From: Eledone cirrhosa
Taxonomy: Eukaryota
DNA length: 64,000 nt
Direction: 5' to 3'
NCBI GenBank assembly: GCA_964016885.1
Contig: OZ024743.1
Location: 236,840,001-236,904,000 of the forward strand
Numbering within the stretch: the first letter of the stretch is position 1; each line of letters starts with the position of its first letter. A program made the translations under genes and the position numbers. Shown here piece by piece: positions 41,001 through 53,800 of the stretch. The notes beneath the pieces are model-generated. The model did no database searches. It had not been told where the DNA came from and was given only the letters and a program-made list of their open reading frames with translations.

Positions 41001-44000
41001 TTTATTATAGACAGCTACAATATCGACATTTCTGTCTAAAGTCTGTCTTGTTATAGACAGCTACAGTATTGATTAGTCTGTCTAAGTCTAAAGTCTGACT
41101 TATTATAGACAGCTACAGTATTGATTAATCTGTTTAAGTCTAAAGTCTGTCTTATTATAGACAGCTACAGTACTGATTAGTCTGTCTAAGTCTAAAGTCT
41201 GTCTTGTTATAGAGAGCTACAGTGTTGATTAGTCTGTATAAGTCTAAAGTCTGTCTTGTTATAGACAGCTACAGTATTGATTAGTCTCTGTAAGTCTAAA
41301 GTCTGTCTTGTTATAGACAGCTACAGTATTGATTAGTCTGTCTAAGTCTAAAGTCTGTCTTATTATGGTCAGTAACAGTACTGATTAGTCTGTCTAAGTC
41401 TAAAGTCTGTCTTGTTATAGACAGCTACAGTATTGATTAGTCTGTCTAAGTCTAAAGTCTGTCTTATTATAGACAGCTACAGTACTGATTAGTCTGTCTA
41501 AGTCTAAAGTCTGTCTTATTATAGACAGCTACTGTACTGATTAGTCTGTCTAAGTCTAAAGTCTGTCTTATTATAGACAGCTACAATATTGACTATTCTG
41601 TCTAAGTCTAAAGTCTGTCTTATTATAGACAGCTACAGTACTGATTAGTCTGTCTAAGTCTAACGTCTGTCTTGCTATAGACAGCTACAGTATTTACTAG
41701 TCTGTCTAAGTGTAAAGTCTGTCTTATTATAGACAGCTACAGTACTGATTAGTCTGTCTATGTCTAAAGTCTGTCTTGTTATAGACAGCTACACTATTGA
41801 TTACTCTGTCTAAGTCTAAAGTCTGTCTTATCATAGACAGCTACAGTATTGACAATTCTGTCTCAGTCTAAAGTCTGTCTTGTTATAGACAGCAACAGTA
41901 TTGATTAGTCTGTCTAAGTCTAAAGTCTGTCTTATTATAGATAGCTACAGTATTGATTAGTCTGGCTAAGTCTAAAGTCTGTCTTATTATAGACAGCTAC
42001 AGTACTGATTAGTCTGTCTAAGTCTAAAGTCTGTCTTATTATAGACAGCTACAGTATTGACAATTCTGTATAAGTCTAAATTCTCTCTTGTTATAGACAG
42101 CTACAGTATTGATTACTCTGTCTAAGTCTAAAGTCTGTTTTGTTATAGACAGCTACAGTATTGATTAGTCTGTCTAAGTCTAAAGTCTGGCTTATTATGG
42201 TCAGTAACAGTACTGATTAGTCTGTCTAAGTCTAAGGTCTTTCTTATTATAGACAGCTACAGTACAGATTAGTCTGTCTAAGTCTAAAGACTGTCTTATT
42301 ATAGACAGCTACAGTATTGATTAGTCTGTTTAAGTCTAAAGTCTGTCTTATTATAGACAGCTACTGTACTGATTAGTCTGTCTAAGTCTAAAGTCTGTCT
42401 TGCTATAGACAGCTACAGTATTTACTAGTCTGTCTAAGTCTAAAGTTTGTCTTATTATAGACAGCTACAGTACTGATTAGTCTGTCTAAGTCTAAAGTCT
42501 GTCTTATTATAGACAGCTACAGTATTGATTAGTCTGTCTAAGTCTAAAGTCTGTCTTGTTATAGACAGCTACAGTATTGATTAGTCTGTCTAAGTCTAAA
42601 GTCTGTTTTATTATAGACAGCTACAGTATTGACATTTCTGTATAAGTCTAAAGTCTGTCTTGTTATAGACAGCTACAGTATTTATTAGTCTGTCTAAGTC
42701 TAAAGTCTGTATTATTATATACAGTTACAGTACTGATTAGTCTGTCTTATTATAGACAGCTACAGTATTGACATTTCTGTCTAAGTCTAAAGTCTGTCTT
42801 GTTATAGACAGCAACAGTATTGATTAGTCTGTATAAGTCAAAAGTCTGTCTTATTATAGACAGCTACAGTATTGATTAATCTGTTTAAGTCTAAAGTCTG
42901 TCTTATTATAGACAGCTACAGTACTGATTAGTCTGTCTAAGTCTAAAGTCTGTCTTGTTATAGAGGGCTACAGTGTTGATTAGTCTGTATAAGTCTAAAG
43001 TCTGTCTTATTATAGACAACTACAGTATTGACAATTCTGCCTAAATCTAAAGTCTGTCTTGTTGTAGACAGCTACAGTATTGATTAGTCTGTCTAAGTCT
43101 AAAGTCTGTCTTATTATAGACAGCTACAGTATTGACAATTCTGTCTAAGTCTAAAGTCTGTCTTGTTATAGACAGCTACAGTATTGATTAGTCTGTCTAA
43201 GTCTAAAGTCTGTCTTATTATAGACAGCTACAGTATTGACAATTCTGTCTAAGTCTCAAGTCTATCTTGTTATAGACATCTACAGTATTGATTAGTCTGT
43301 CTAAGTTTAAAGTCTTTCTCATTATAGACAGCTACAGTACTGATTAGTCTGTCTAAGTCTAAAGTCTGTCTTATTATAGACAGCTACAGTATTGATTAGT
43401 CTGTCTAAGTCTAAATCTGTCTTATTATAGACAGCTACAGTATTGATTAGTCAGTCTAAGTCTAATGTCTGTGTTATTATAGACAGCTACGGTATTGACA
43501 ATTCTGTCTAAGTCTAAAGTCTATCTTGTTATAGACAGCTACAGTATTGATTAATCTGTCTAAGTCTAAAGTCTGTCTTGTTATAGACAGCTACAGTATT
43601 GATTAGTCTGTCTAAGTCTAAAGTCTGTATTATTATAGACAGTTACAGTATTGATTAGTCTGTCTAAGTCAAAAGTCTGTCTTGTTATAGACAGCTACAG
43701 TATTGACAATTCTGTCTAAGTCTAAAGTCAGTCTTATTATAGACAGCTACATTATTGATTAGTCTGTCTAAGTCTAAAGTCTGTCTTATTATAGACAGCT
43801 ACAGTACTGATTAGTCTGTCTAAGTCTAAAGTCTGTCTTGTTATAGACAGTTACAGTATTGATTAGTCTGTCTAAATCTAAAGACTGTCTTATTATAGAC
43901 CGCTACGGTATTGACAATAATGTCTAAGTCTAAAGTCTGTCTTATTATAGACAGCTACAGTACTGATTAGTCTGTCTAAGTCTAAAGTCTGTCTTGTTAT

Positions 44001-47000
44001 AGACAGCTACAGTATTGACAATTCTGTCTAAGTCTAAAGTCTATCTTGTTATAGACATCTACAGTATTGATTAGTCTGTCTAAGTTTAAAGTCTTTCTCA
44101 TTATAGACAGCTACAGTACTGATTAGTCTGTCTAAGTCTAAAGTCTGTCTTATTATAGACAGCTACAGTATTAATTAGTCTGTCTAAGTCTAAAGTCTGT
44201 CTTATTATAGACAGCTACAGTATTGATTAGTCAGTCTAAGTCTAAAGTCTGTCTTATTATAGACAGCTACGGTATTGACAATAATGTCTAAGTCTAAAGT
44301 CTGTCTTATTATAGACAGCTACAGTACTGATTAGTCTGTCTAAGTCTAAAGTCTGTCTTGTTATAGACAACTACAGTACTGATTAGTCTGTCTAAGTCTA
44401 AAGTCTGTCTTGTTATAGACAACTACAGTATTGATTAGTCTGTCTAAGTCTAAAGTCTGTCTTGTTATAGACAGCTACAGTATTGATTAGTCTCTCTAAG
44501 TCTAAAGTCTGTCTTGTTATAGACAGCTACAGCATTGATTAGTCTGTCTAAGTCTAAAGTCTGTCTTATTATAGACAGCTACAGTATTGATTAGTCTGTC
44601 TAAGTCTAAAATCTGTCTTATTATAGACAGTTACAGTACTGATTAGTCTGTCTAAATCTAAAGTCTGTCTTATTATAGAGAGCTATAGTACTCACAATTC
44701 TGTCTAAGACTAATGTCTGTCTTGTTATAGTCAGCTACAGTATTGATTAGTCTGTCTAAGTCTAAAGTCTGTCTTATTATAGACAGTTACAGTACTGATT
44801 AGTCTGTCTAAGTCTGAAGTCTGTCTTATTATAGACAGCTACAGTATTGCCAATTCTGTCTAAGTCTAAAGTCTGTCTTGGTATAGACAGCTACAGTAGT
44901 GATTAGTCTGTCTATGTCTAAAGTGTGTCTTATTATAGACAGCTACAGTATTGACAATTCTGTCTAAGTCTAAAGTCTGTCTTGTTATAGACAGCTACAG
45001 CATTGATTAGTCTGTCTAAGTCTAAAGGTTGTCTTATTATAGACAGCTACAGTATTGACAATTCTGTGTCAGTCTAAAATCTGTCTTGTTATAGGCAGCT
45101 ACAGTATTGATTAGTCTGTCTAAGTCTAAAGTCTGTCTTATTATAGACAGCTACAGTATTGACAATTCTGTCTAAGTCTGAAGTCTGTCTTGTTATGGAC
45201 AGCTACATTATTGATTAATCTGTCTAAGTCTAAAGTCTGTCTTGTTATAGACAGCTACAGTATAGATTAGTCTGTCAAAGTTTAAAGTCTGTCTTATTAT
45301 AGACAGCTACAGTATTGATTAGTCTGTCTAAGTCTAAAGTCTGTCTTATTATAGACAGCTACAGTATTGATTAGACTGTCTAAGTCTAAAATCTGTCTTA
45401 TTATAGACAGCTACAGTATTGACAATTCTGTCTAAGTCTAAAGTCTGTCTTGTTATAGACAGCTACAGTATTGATTAGTCTGTCTAAATCTAAAGTCTGT
45501 CTTATTATAGACAGCTACAGTATTGACAATTCTGTCTGAGTCTAAAGTCTGTCTATCTATAGACAGCTACAGTATTGATTAGTCTGTGTAAGTTTAAAGT
45601 CTTTCTTATTATAGACAGCTACAGTACTGATTAGTCTGTCTAAGTCTAAAGTCTGTCTTATTATAGACAGCTACAATATTGACTATTCTCTCTAAGTCTA
45701 AAGTCTGTCTTATTATAGACAGCTACAGTATTGATTAGTCTGTTTAAGTCTAAAGTCTGTCTTATTATAGACAGCTACAGTATTGATTAGTCTGTCTAAG
45801 TCTAAAGTCTGTCTTGTTATAGACAGCTACAGTATTGATTAGTCTGTCTAAGTCTAAAATCTGTCTTGTTATAGACAGTTACAGTATTGATTAGTCTGTC
45901 TAAGTCTAAAGTCTGTTTTATTATAGACAGCTACAGTATCGACATTTCTGTCTAAGTCTAAAGTCTGTCTTGTTATAGACAGCTACAGTATTTATTAGTC
46001 TGTGTAAGTCTAAATGTTGTCTTGTTATAGACAGCTACAGTATTGATTAGTCTGCCTAAGTCTAAAGTCTGTCTTATTATAGACAGTTACAGTACTGATT
46101 AGTCTGTCTGAGTCTAAAGTCTGTCTTATTATAGACAGCTACAGTATTGACATTTCTGTCTAAGTCTAAAGTCTGTCTTGTTATAGACAGCTACAGTATT
46201 GATTGGTCTGTCTAAGTCTAAAGTCTGACTTATTATAGACAGCTACAGTATTGATTAATCTGTTTAAGTCTAAAGTCTGTCTTATTATAGACAGCTACAG
46301 TACTGATTAGTCTGTCTAAGTCTAAAGTCTGTCTTGTTATAGAGAGCTACAGTGTTGATTAGTCTGTATAAGTCTAAAGTCTGTCTTATTATAGACAGTT
46401 ACAGTATTGACAATTCTGTCTAAGTCTAAAGTCTGTCTTGTTATAGACAGCTACAGTATTGATTAGTCTGAGTAAGTCTAAAGTCTGTCTTGTTATAGAC
46501 AGCTACTGTATTGATTAGTCTGTCTAAGTCTAAAGTCTGTCTTATTATGGTCAGTAACAGTACTGATTAGTCTGTCTAAGTCTAAAGTCTGTCTTGTTAT
46601 AGACAGCTACAGTATTGATTAGTCTGTCTAAGTCTAAAGTCTGTCTTATTATAGACAGCTACAGTACTGATTAGTCTGTCTAAGTCTAAAGTCTGTCTTA
46701 TTATAGACAGCTACTGTACTGATTAGTCTGTCTAAGTCTAAAGTCTGTCTTATTATAGACAGCTACAATATTGACTATTCTCTCTAAGTCTAAAGTCTGT
46801 CTTATTATAGACAGCTACAGTATTGATTAGTCTGTTTAAGTCTAAAGTCTGTCTTATTATAGACAGCTACAGTACTGATTAGTCTGTCTAAGTCTAAAGT
46901 CTGTCTTGCTATAGACAGCTACAGTATTTACCAGTCTGTCTAAGTGTAAAGTCTGTCTTATTATAGACAGCTACAGTACTGATTAGTCTGTCTATGTCTA

Positions 47001-47820
47001 AAGTCTGTCTTGTTATAGACAGCTACACTATTGATTACTCTGTCTAAGTCTAAATTCTGTCTTATCATAGACAGCTACAGTATTGACAATTCTGTCTCAG
47101 TCTAAAGTCTGTCTTGTTATAGACAGCAACAGTATTGATTAGTCTGTCTAAGTCTAAAGTCTGTCTTATTATAGATAGCTACAGTATTGACAATTCTGTC
47201 TAAGTCTAAAGTCTGTCTTATTATAGACAGCTACAGTACTGATTAGTCTGTCTAAGTCTAAAGTCTGTCTTATTATAGACAGCTACAGTATTGACAATTC
47301 TGTCTAAGTCTAAATTCTCTCTTGTTATAGACAGCTACAGTATTGATTACTCTGTCTAAGTCTAAAGTCTGTCTTGTTATAGACAGCTACAGTATTGATT
47401 AGTCTGTCTAAGTCTAAAGTCTGTCTTATTCTGGTCAGTAACAGTACTGATTAGTCTGTCTAAGTCTAAAGTCTTACTTATTATAGACAGCTACAGTATT
47501 GATTAGTCTATTTAAGTCTAAAGTCTGTCTTACTATAGACAGCTACAGTACTGATTAGTCTGTCTAAGTCTAAAGTCTGTCTTGCTATAGACAGCTACAG
47601 TATTTACTTGTCTGTCTAAGTCTAAAGTCTGTCTTATTATAGACAGCTACAGTATTGACAATTCTGTCTAAGTCTAAATTCCTTCTTGTTATAGACAGCT
47701 ACAGTATTGATTACTCTGTCTAAGTTTAAAGTCTTTCTTATTATAGACAGCTACAGTACAGATTAGTCTGTCTAAGTCTAATGTCTGTCTTGTTATAGAC
47801 AGCTACAGTATTGATTAGTC
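29050..47820. repeat. Central satellite domain with its own variant set and patchwork duplications (offsets 936, 1664, 2548, 5904 bp)
   Basis: Markers concentrated here: tcaaagttta (31311, 35835, 37499, 39371, 45275), ataggcagc, gagagctatagtac, atttactag, ggtcagtaacag, cagtaggaagtccg (29806, 32354), and taaatgttgt (31891, 36675, 38339, 46011, also 47831 and ~57132). Confidence 0.8.
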
Positions 47821-50800
47821 TGTCTAAGTCTAAATGTTGTCTTGTTATAGACAACTACAGTATTGATTAGTCTGCCTAAGTCTAAAGTCTGTCTTATTAT
47901 AGACAGTTACAGTACTGATTAGTCTGTCTAAGTCTAAAGTCTGTCTTGTTATAGAGAGCTACAGTGTTGATTAGTCTGTATAAGTCTAAAGTCTGTCTTA
48001 TTATAGACAGCTACAGTATTGACAATTCTGTCTAAGTCTAAAGTCTGTCTTGTTATAGACAGCTACAGTATTGATTAGTCTGTCTAAGTCTAAAGTCTGT
48101 CTTGTTATAGACAGCTACAGTATTGATTAGTCTGTCTAAGTCTAAAGTCTGTCTTATTATAGACAGCTACAGTTTGACAATTCTGTCTAAGTCTAAAGTC
48201 TGTCTTATTATAGAGAGCTACAGTACCGATTAGTCTGTCTAAGTCTAAAGTATGTCTTGTTATAGACAGCTACAGCATTGATTAGTCTGTCTAAATCTAA
48301 AGTCTGTCTTATTATAGACAGCTACAGTATTGATTAGTCTGTCTAAGTCTAAAGTCTGTCTTATTATAGACAGCTACAGTACTGATTAGTCTGTCTAAGT
48401 CTAAAATCTGTCTTATTATAGACAACTACAGTATTGATTAGTCTGTCTAAGTCTAAAGTCTGTCTTATTATAGACAGCTACAGTTTGACAATTCTGTCTA
48501 AGTCTAAAGTCTTTCTTATTATAGACAGCTACAGTATTGACAATTCGGTCTAAGTCTAAAGTCTGTCTCATTATAGACCGCTACAGTATTGACAATAATA
48601 TCTAAGTCTAAAGTCTGTGTTGTTATAGACAGCTACAGTATTGATTAGTCTGTCTAAGTCTAAAGTCTGTCTTGTTATAGACAACTACAGTATTGATTAG
48701 TCTGTCTAAGTCTAAAGTCTGTCTTATTATAGACAGCTACAGTTTGACAATTCTGTCTAAGTCTAAAGTCTGTATTATTATAGACAGCTACAGTATTTAT
48801 TAGTCTGTATAAGTCTAAAGTCTGTATTATTATAGACAGTTACAGTATTGATTAGTCTGTCTAAGTCTAAAGTCTGTCTTGTTATAGACAGCTACAGTAT
48901 TGACAATTCTGTCTAAGTCTAAAGTCTGTATTATTATAGACAGCTACAGTATTTATTAGTCTGTATAAGTCTAAAGTCAGTCTTATTATAGACAGCTACA
49001 TTATTGATTAGTCTGTCTAAGTCTAAAGTATGTCTTATTATAGACAGCTACAGTACTGATTAGTCTGTCTAAGTCTAAAATCTGTCTTATTATAGACAAC
49101 TACAGTATTGATTAGTCTGTCTAAGTCTAAAGTCTGTCTTATTATAGACAGCTACAGTTTGACAATTCTGTCTAAGTCTAAAGTCTGTCTTATTATAGAC
49201 AGCTACAGTACCGATTAGTCTGTCTAAGTCTAAAGTATGTCTTGTTATAGACAGCTACAGCATTGATTAGTCTGTCTAAGTCTAAAGTCTGTCTTATTAT
49301 AGACAGTGACAGTACTGATTAGTCCGTCTATGTCTAAAGTCTGTCTTATTATAGACAGCTACAGTATTGACAATTCTGTCTAAGTCTAAAGTCTGTCTTG
49401 TTATAGACAGCTACAGTATTGATTAGTCTGTCTAAGTCTAAAGTCTGTCTTGTTATAGACAGCTACATTATTGATTAGTGTGTCTAAGTCTAAAGTCTGT
49501 CTTATTATAAACAGTTACAGTACTGATTAGTCTGTCTAAGTCTGAAGTCTGTCTTATTATAGACAGCTACAGTATTGCCAATTCTGTCTAAGTCTAAAGT
49601 ATGTCTTGTTATAGACAGCTACAGTATTGATTAGTCTGTCTAAGTCTAAAATCTGTCTTATTATAGACAGCTACAGTATTGACAATTCTGTCTAAGTCTA
49701 AAGTATGTCTTGTTATAGACAGCTACACAATTGATTAGTCTGTCTAAGTCTAAAGTCTGTCTTATTATAGACAGCTACAGTATTGATAATTCTGTCTCAG
49801 TCTGAAGTCCGTCTTGTTATAGACAGCTACAGTATTGATTAGTCTGTCTAAGTCTAAAGTCTGTCTTATTATAGACAGCTACATTATTGATTAGATGTTT
49901 AGGTCTAAAGGCTGTCTTGTTATAGACAGCTACAGTATTGATTAGTCTGTCTACATCTAAAGTCTGTCTTGTTATAGACAACTACAGTACTGATTAGTCT
50001 GTCTAAGTCTAAAGTCTGTCTTATTATAGACAGCTACAGTATTGATTAGTCTGTCTAAGTCTAAAGTCTGTCTTATTATAGACAGCTACAGTACTGATTA
50101 GTCTGTCTAAGTCTAAAGGCTGTCTTGTTATAGACAGTTACAGTATTGATTAGTCTGTCTAAATCTAAAGTCTCTCTCATTATAGACCGCTACAGTATTG
50201 ACAATAATATCTAAGTCTAAAGTCTGTCATATTATAGACAGCTACAGTACTGATTAGTCTGTCTAATTCTAAAGTCTGTCTTGTTATAGACAGCTACGGT
50301 ACTGATTAGTCTGTCTAAGTCTAAAGTATGTCTTGTTATAGACAGCTACAGCATTGATTAGTTTGTCTAAGTCTAAAGTCTGTCTTATTATAGACAGCTA
50401 CAGTATTGATTAGTCTGTCTAAGTCTAAAGTCTGTATTATTATAGACAGTGACAGTACTGATTAGTCCGTCTAAGTCTAAAGTCTGTCTTATTATAGACA
50501 GCTACATTATTGACAATTCTGTCTAAGTCTAAAGTCTGTCTTGTTATAGACAGCTACAGTATTGATTAGTCTGTCTAAGTCTAAAGTCTGTCTTATCATA
50601 GACAGCTACATTATTGACAATTCTGTCTAAGTCTAAAGTCTGTCTTGTTATAGACAGCTACAGTATTGATTAGTCTGTCTAAGTCTAAAGTCTGTCTTAT
50701 TATAGACAGCTACAGTATTGACAATTCTCTCTAAGTCTAAAGTCTGTCTTATTATAGACAGCTACAGTATTGATTAGTCTGTTTAAGTCTAAAGTCTGTC

Positions 50801-53800
50801 TTGTTATAGACAGCTACAGTATTGATTAGTCTGTCTAAGTCTAAAGTCTGTCTTGTTATAGACAACTACAGTATTGATTGGTCTGTCTAAGTCTAAAGTC
50901 TGTCTTATTATAGACAGCTACAGTATTGACAATTCTGTCTAAGTCTAAAGTCTATATTATTATAGACAGCTACAGTATTGATTAGTCTGTTAAAATCTAA
51001 AGTCTGTATTATTATAGACAGTTACAGTATTGATTAGTCTGTCTAAGTCTAAAGTCTGTCTTGTTATAGACAGCTACAGTATTGACAATTCTGTCTAAGT
51101 CTAAAGTCAGTCTTGTTATAGACAGCTACATTATTAAATAATTTGTCTAAGTCTAAAGTCTGTCTTATTATAGACAGCTACAGTACTGATTAGTCTGTCT
51201 AAGTCTAAAGTCTGTCCTGTTATAGACAACTACAGTATTGATTAGTCTGTCTAAGTCTAAAGTCTGTCTTTTTATAGACAGCTACATTATTGACAATTCT
51301 GTCTAAGTCTAAAGTCTGTATTATTATACACAGCTACAGTACTGATTAGTCTGTCTAATTCTAAAGTCTGTCTTGTTATAGACAGCTACGGTACTGATTA
51401 GTATGTCTAAGTCAAAAGTATGTCTTGTTATAGACAGCTACAGCATTGATTAGTTTGTCTAAGTCTAAAGTCTGTCTTATTATAGACAGCTACAGTATTG
51501 ATTAGTCTGTCTAAGTCTAAGGTCTGTCTTATTATAGACAGTGACAGTACTGATTAGTCCGTCTAAGTCTAAAGTCTGTCTTATTATAGACAGCTACATT
51601 ATTGACAATTCTGTCTAAGTCTAAAGTCTGTCTTGTTATAGCCAGCTACAGTATTGATTAGTCTGTCTAAGTCTAAAGTCTGTCTTATCATAGACAGCTA
51701 CAGTATTGACAATTCTGTCTAAGTCTAAAGTCTGTCTTGTTATAGACAGCTACAGTATTGATTAGACTGTCTAAGTCTAAAGTCTGTCTTATTATAGACA
51801 GCTAGAGTATTGACAATTCTGTCTAAGTCTAAAGTCTGTCTTGTTATAGACAGCTACAGTATTGATTAGTCTGTCTAAGTCTAAAGTCTGTCTTGTTATA
51901 GACAGCTACATTATTGATTAGTCTGTCTAAGTCTAAAGTCTGTCTTATAGACAGCTACAGTATTGACAATTCTCTCTAAGTCTAAAATCTGTCTTATTAT
52001 AGACAGCTACGGTATTGATTAGTCTGTTTAAGTCTAAAGTCTGACTTAATATAGACAGCTACAGTACTGATTAGTCTGTCTAAGTCTAAAGTCTGTCTTG
52101 TTATAGACAGCTACAGTATTGATTAGTCTGTCTAAGTCTAAAGTCTGTCTTATTATAGACAGCTACAGTATTGATTAGTCAGTCTAAGTCTAAAGTCTGT
52201 CTTATTATAGACAGCTACAGTATTGACAATTCTGTCTAAGTGTAAAGTCTGTCTTGTTATAGACAGCTACAGTATTGATTAATCTGTCTAAGTCTAAAGT
52301 CTGTCTTGTTATAGACAGCTACAGTATTGATTAGTCTGTCTAAGTCTAAAGTCTGTCTTATTAAAGACAGCTACAGTATTGAGAGTTCTGTCTAAGTCTA
52401 AAATCTGTATTATTATCGACAGCTAAAGTATTGATTAGTCTGTTTAAGTCTAAAGTCTGTATTATTATAGACAGTTACAGTATTGATTAGTCTGTCTAAG
52501 TCTAAAGTCTGTCTTGTTATAGACAGCTACAGTATTGACAATTCTGTCTAAGCCTAAAGTCAGTCTTATTATAGACAGCTACAATTATTGATTAGTCTGT
52601 CTAAGTCTAAAGTCTGTCTTATTATAGACAGCTACAGTATTGACAATTCTCTCTAAGTCTAAAGTCTGTCTTGTTATAGACAGTTACAGTATTGATTAGT
52701 CTGTCTAAGTCTAAAGTCTGTCTTATTATAGACCGCTACAGTATTGACAATAATGTCTAAGTCTAAAGTATGTCTAATTATAGACAGCTATATTACTGAT
52801 TAGTCTGTCTAAGTCTAAAGTCTGTCTTATTATAGACAGCTACAGTATTGACAATTCTGTCTAAGTCTAAAATCTGTATTATTATAGACAGCTACAGTTC
52901 TGATTAGTCTGTCTAATTCTAAAGTCTGTCTTGTTATATACAGCTGCAGTACTGATTAGTGGGTCTAAATCTAAAGTCTCTCTTGTTATAGACAACTACA
53001 GTATTGATTAGTCTGTCTATGTCTAAAATCTGTCTTATTATAGACAGCTACAGTACCGATTAGTCTGTCTAAGTCTAAAGTCTGTCTTGTTATAGACAGC
53101 TACAGTATTGACAATTCTCTCTAAGTCTAAAGTCTGTCTTGTTATAGACAGCTTCATTATTGATTACTCTGTCTAAGTCTAAATTCTGTCTTATCATAGA
53201 CAGCTACAGTATTGACAATTCTGTCTCAGTCTAAAGTATGTCTTGTTTTAGACAGCTAGAGTATTGATTAGTCTGTCTAACTCTAAAGTCTGTCTTGTTA
53301 TAGACAGCTACAGTATTGATTAGTCTGTCTAAGTCTAAAGTCTGTCTTATTATAGACAGCTAGAGCATTGATTGGTTTGTCTAAGTCTGAAGTCTGTCTT
53401 ATTATAGACAGCTACAGTATTGACAATTCTGTCTAAGTCTAAAGTCTGTCTTGTTATAAACAGCTACAGTATTGATTAGTCTATCTAAGACTAAAGTCTG
53501 TCTTATTATAGACAGCTACAGTATTGACAATTATGTCTAAGTCTAAAGTCTGTCTTATTATAGACAGCTACAGTATTGACAATTCTGTCTAAGTCTCAAG
53601 TCTGTCTTATTATAGACAGCTACAGTACTGAATAGTCTGTCTAAGTCTAAAGTCTGTCTTGTTATAGACAACTACAGTATTGATTAGTCTGTCTAGGTCT
53701 AAAGTCTGTCTTATTATAGACAGCTACAGTATTGATTAGTCTGTCTAAGTCTAAAGTCTGTCTTATTATAGACAGCTACAGTATTGATTAGTATGTCTAA

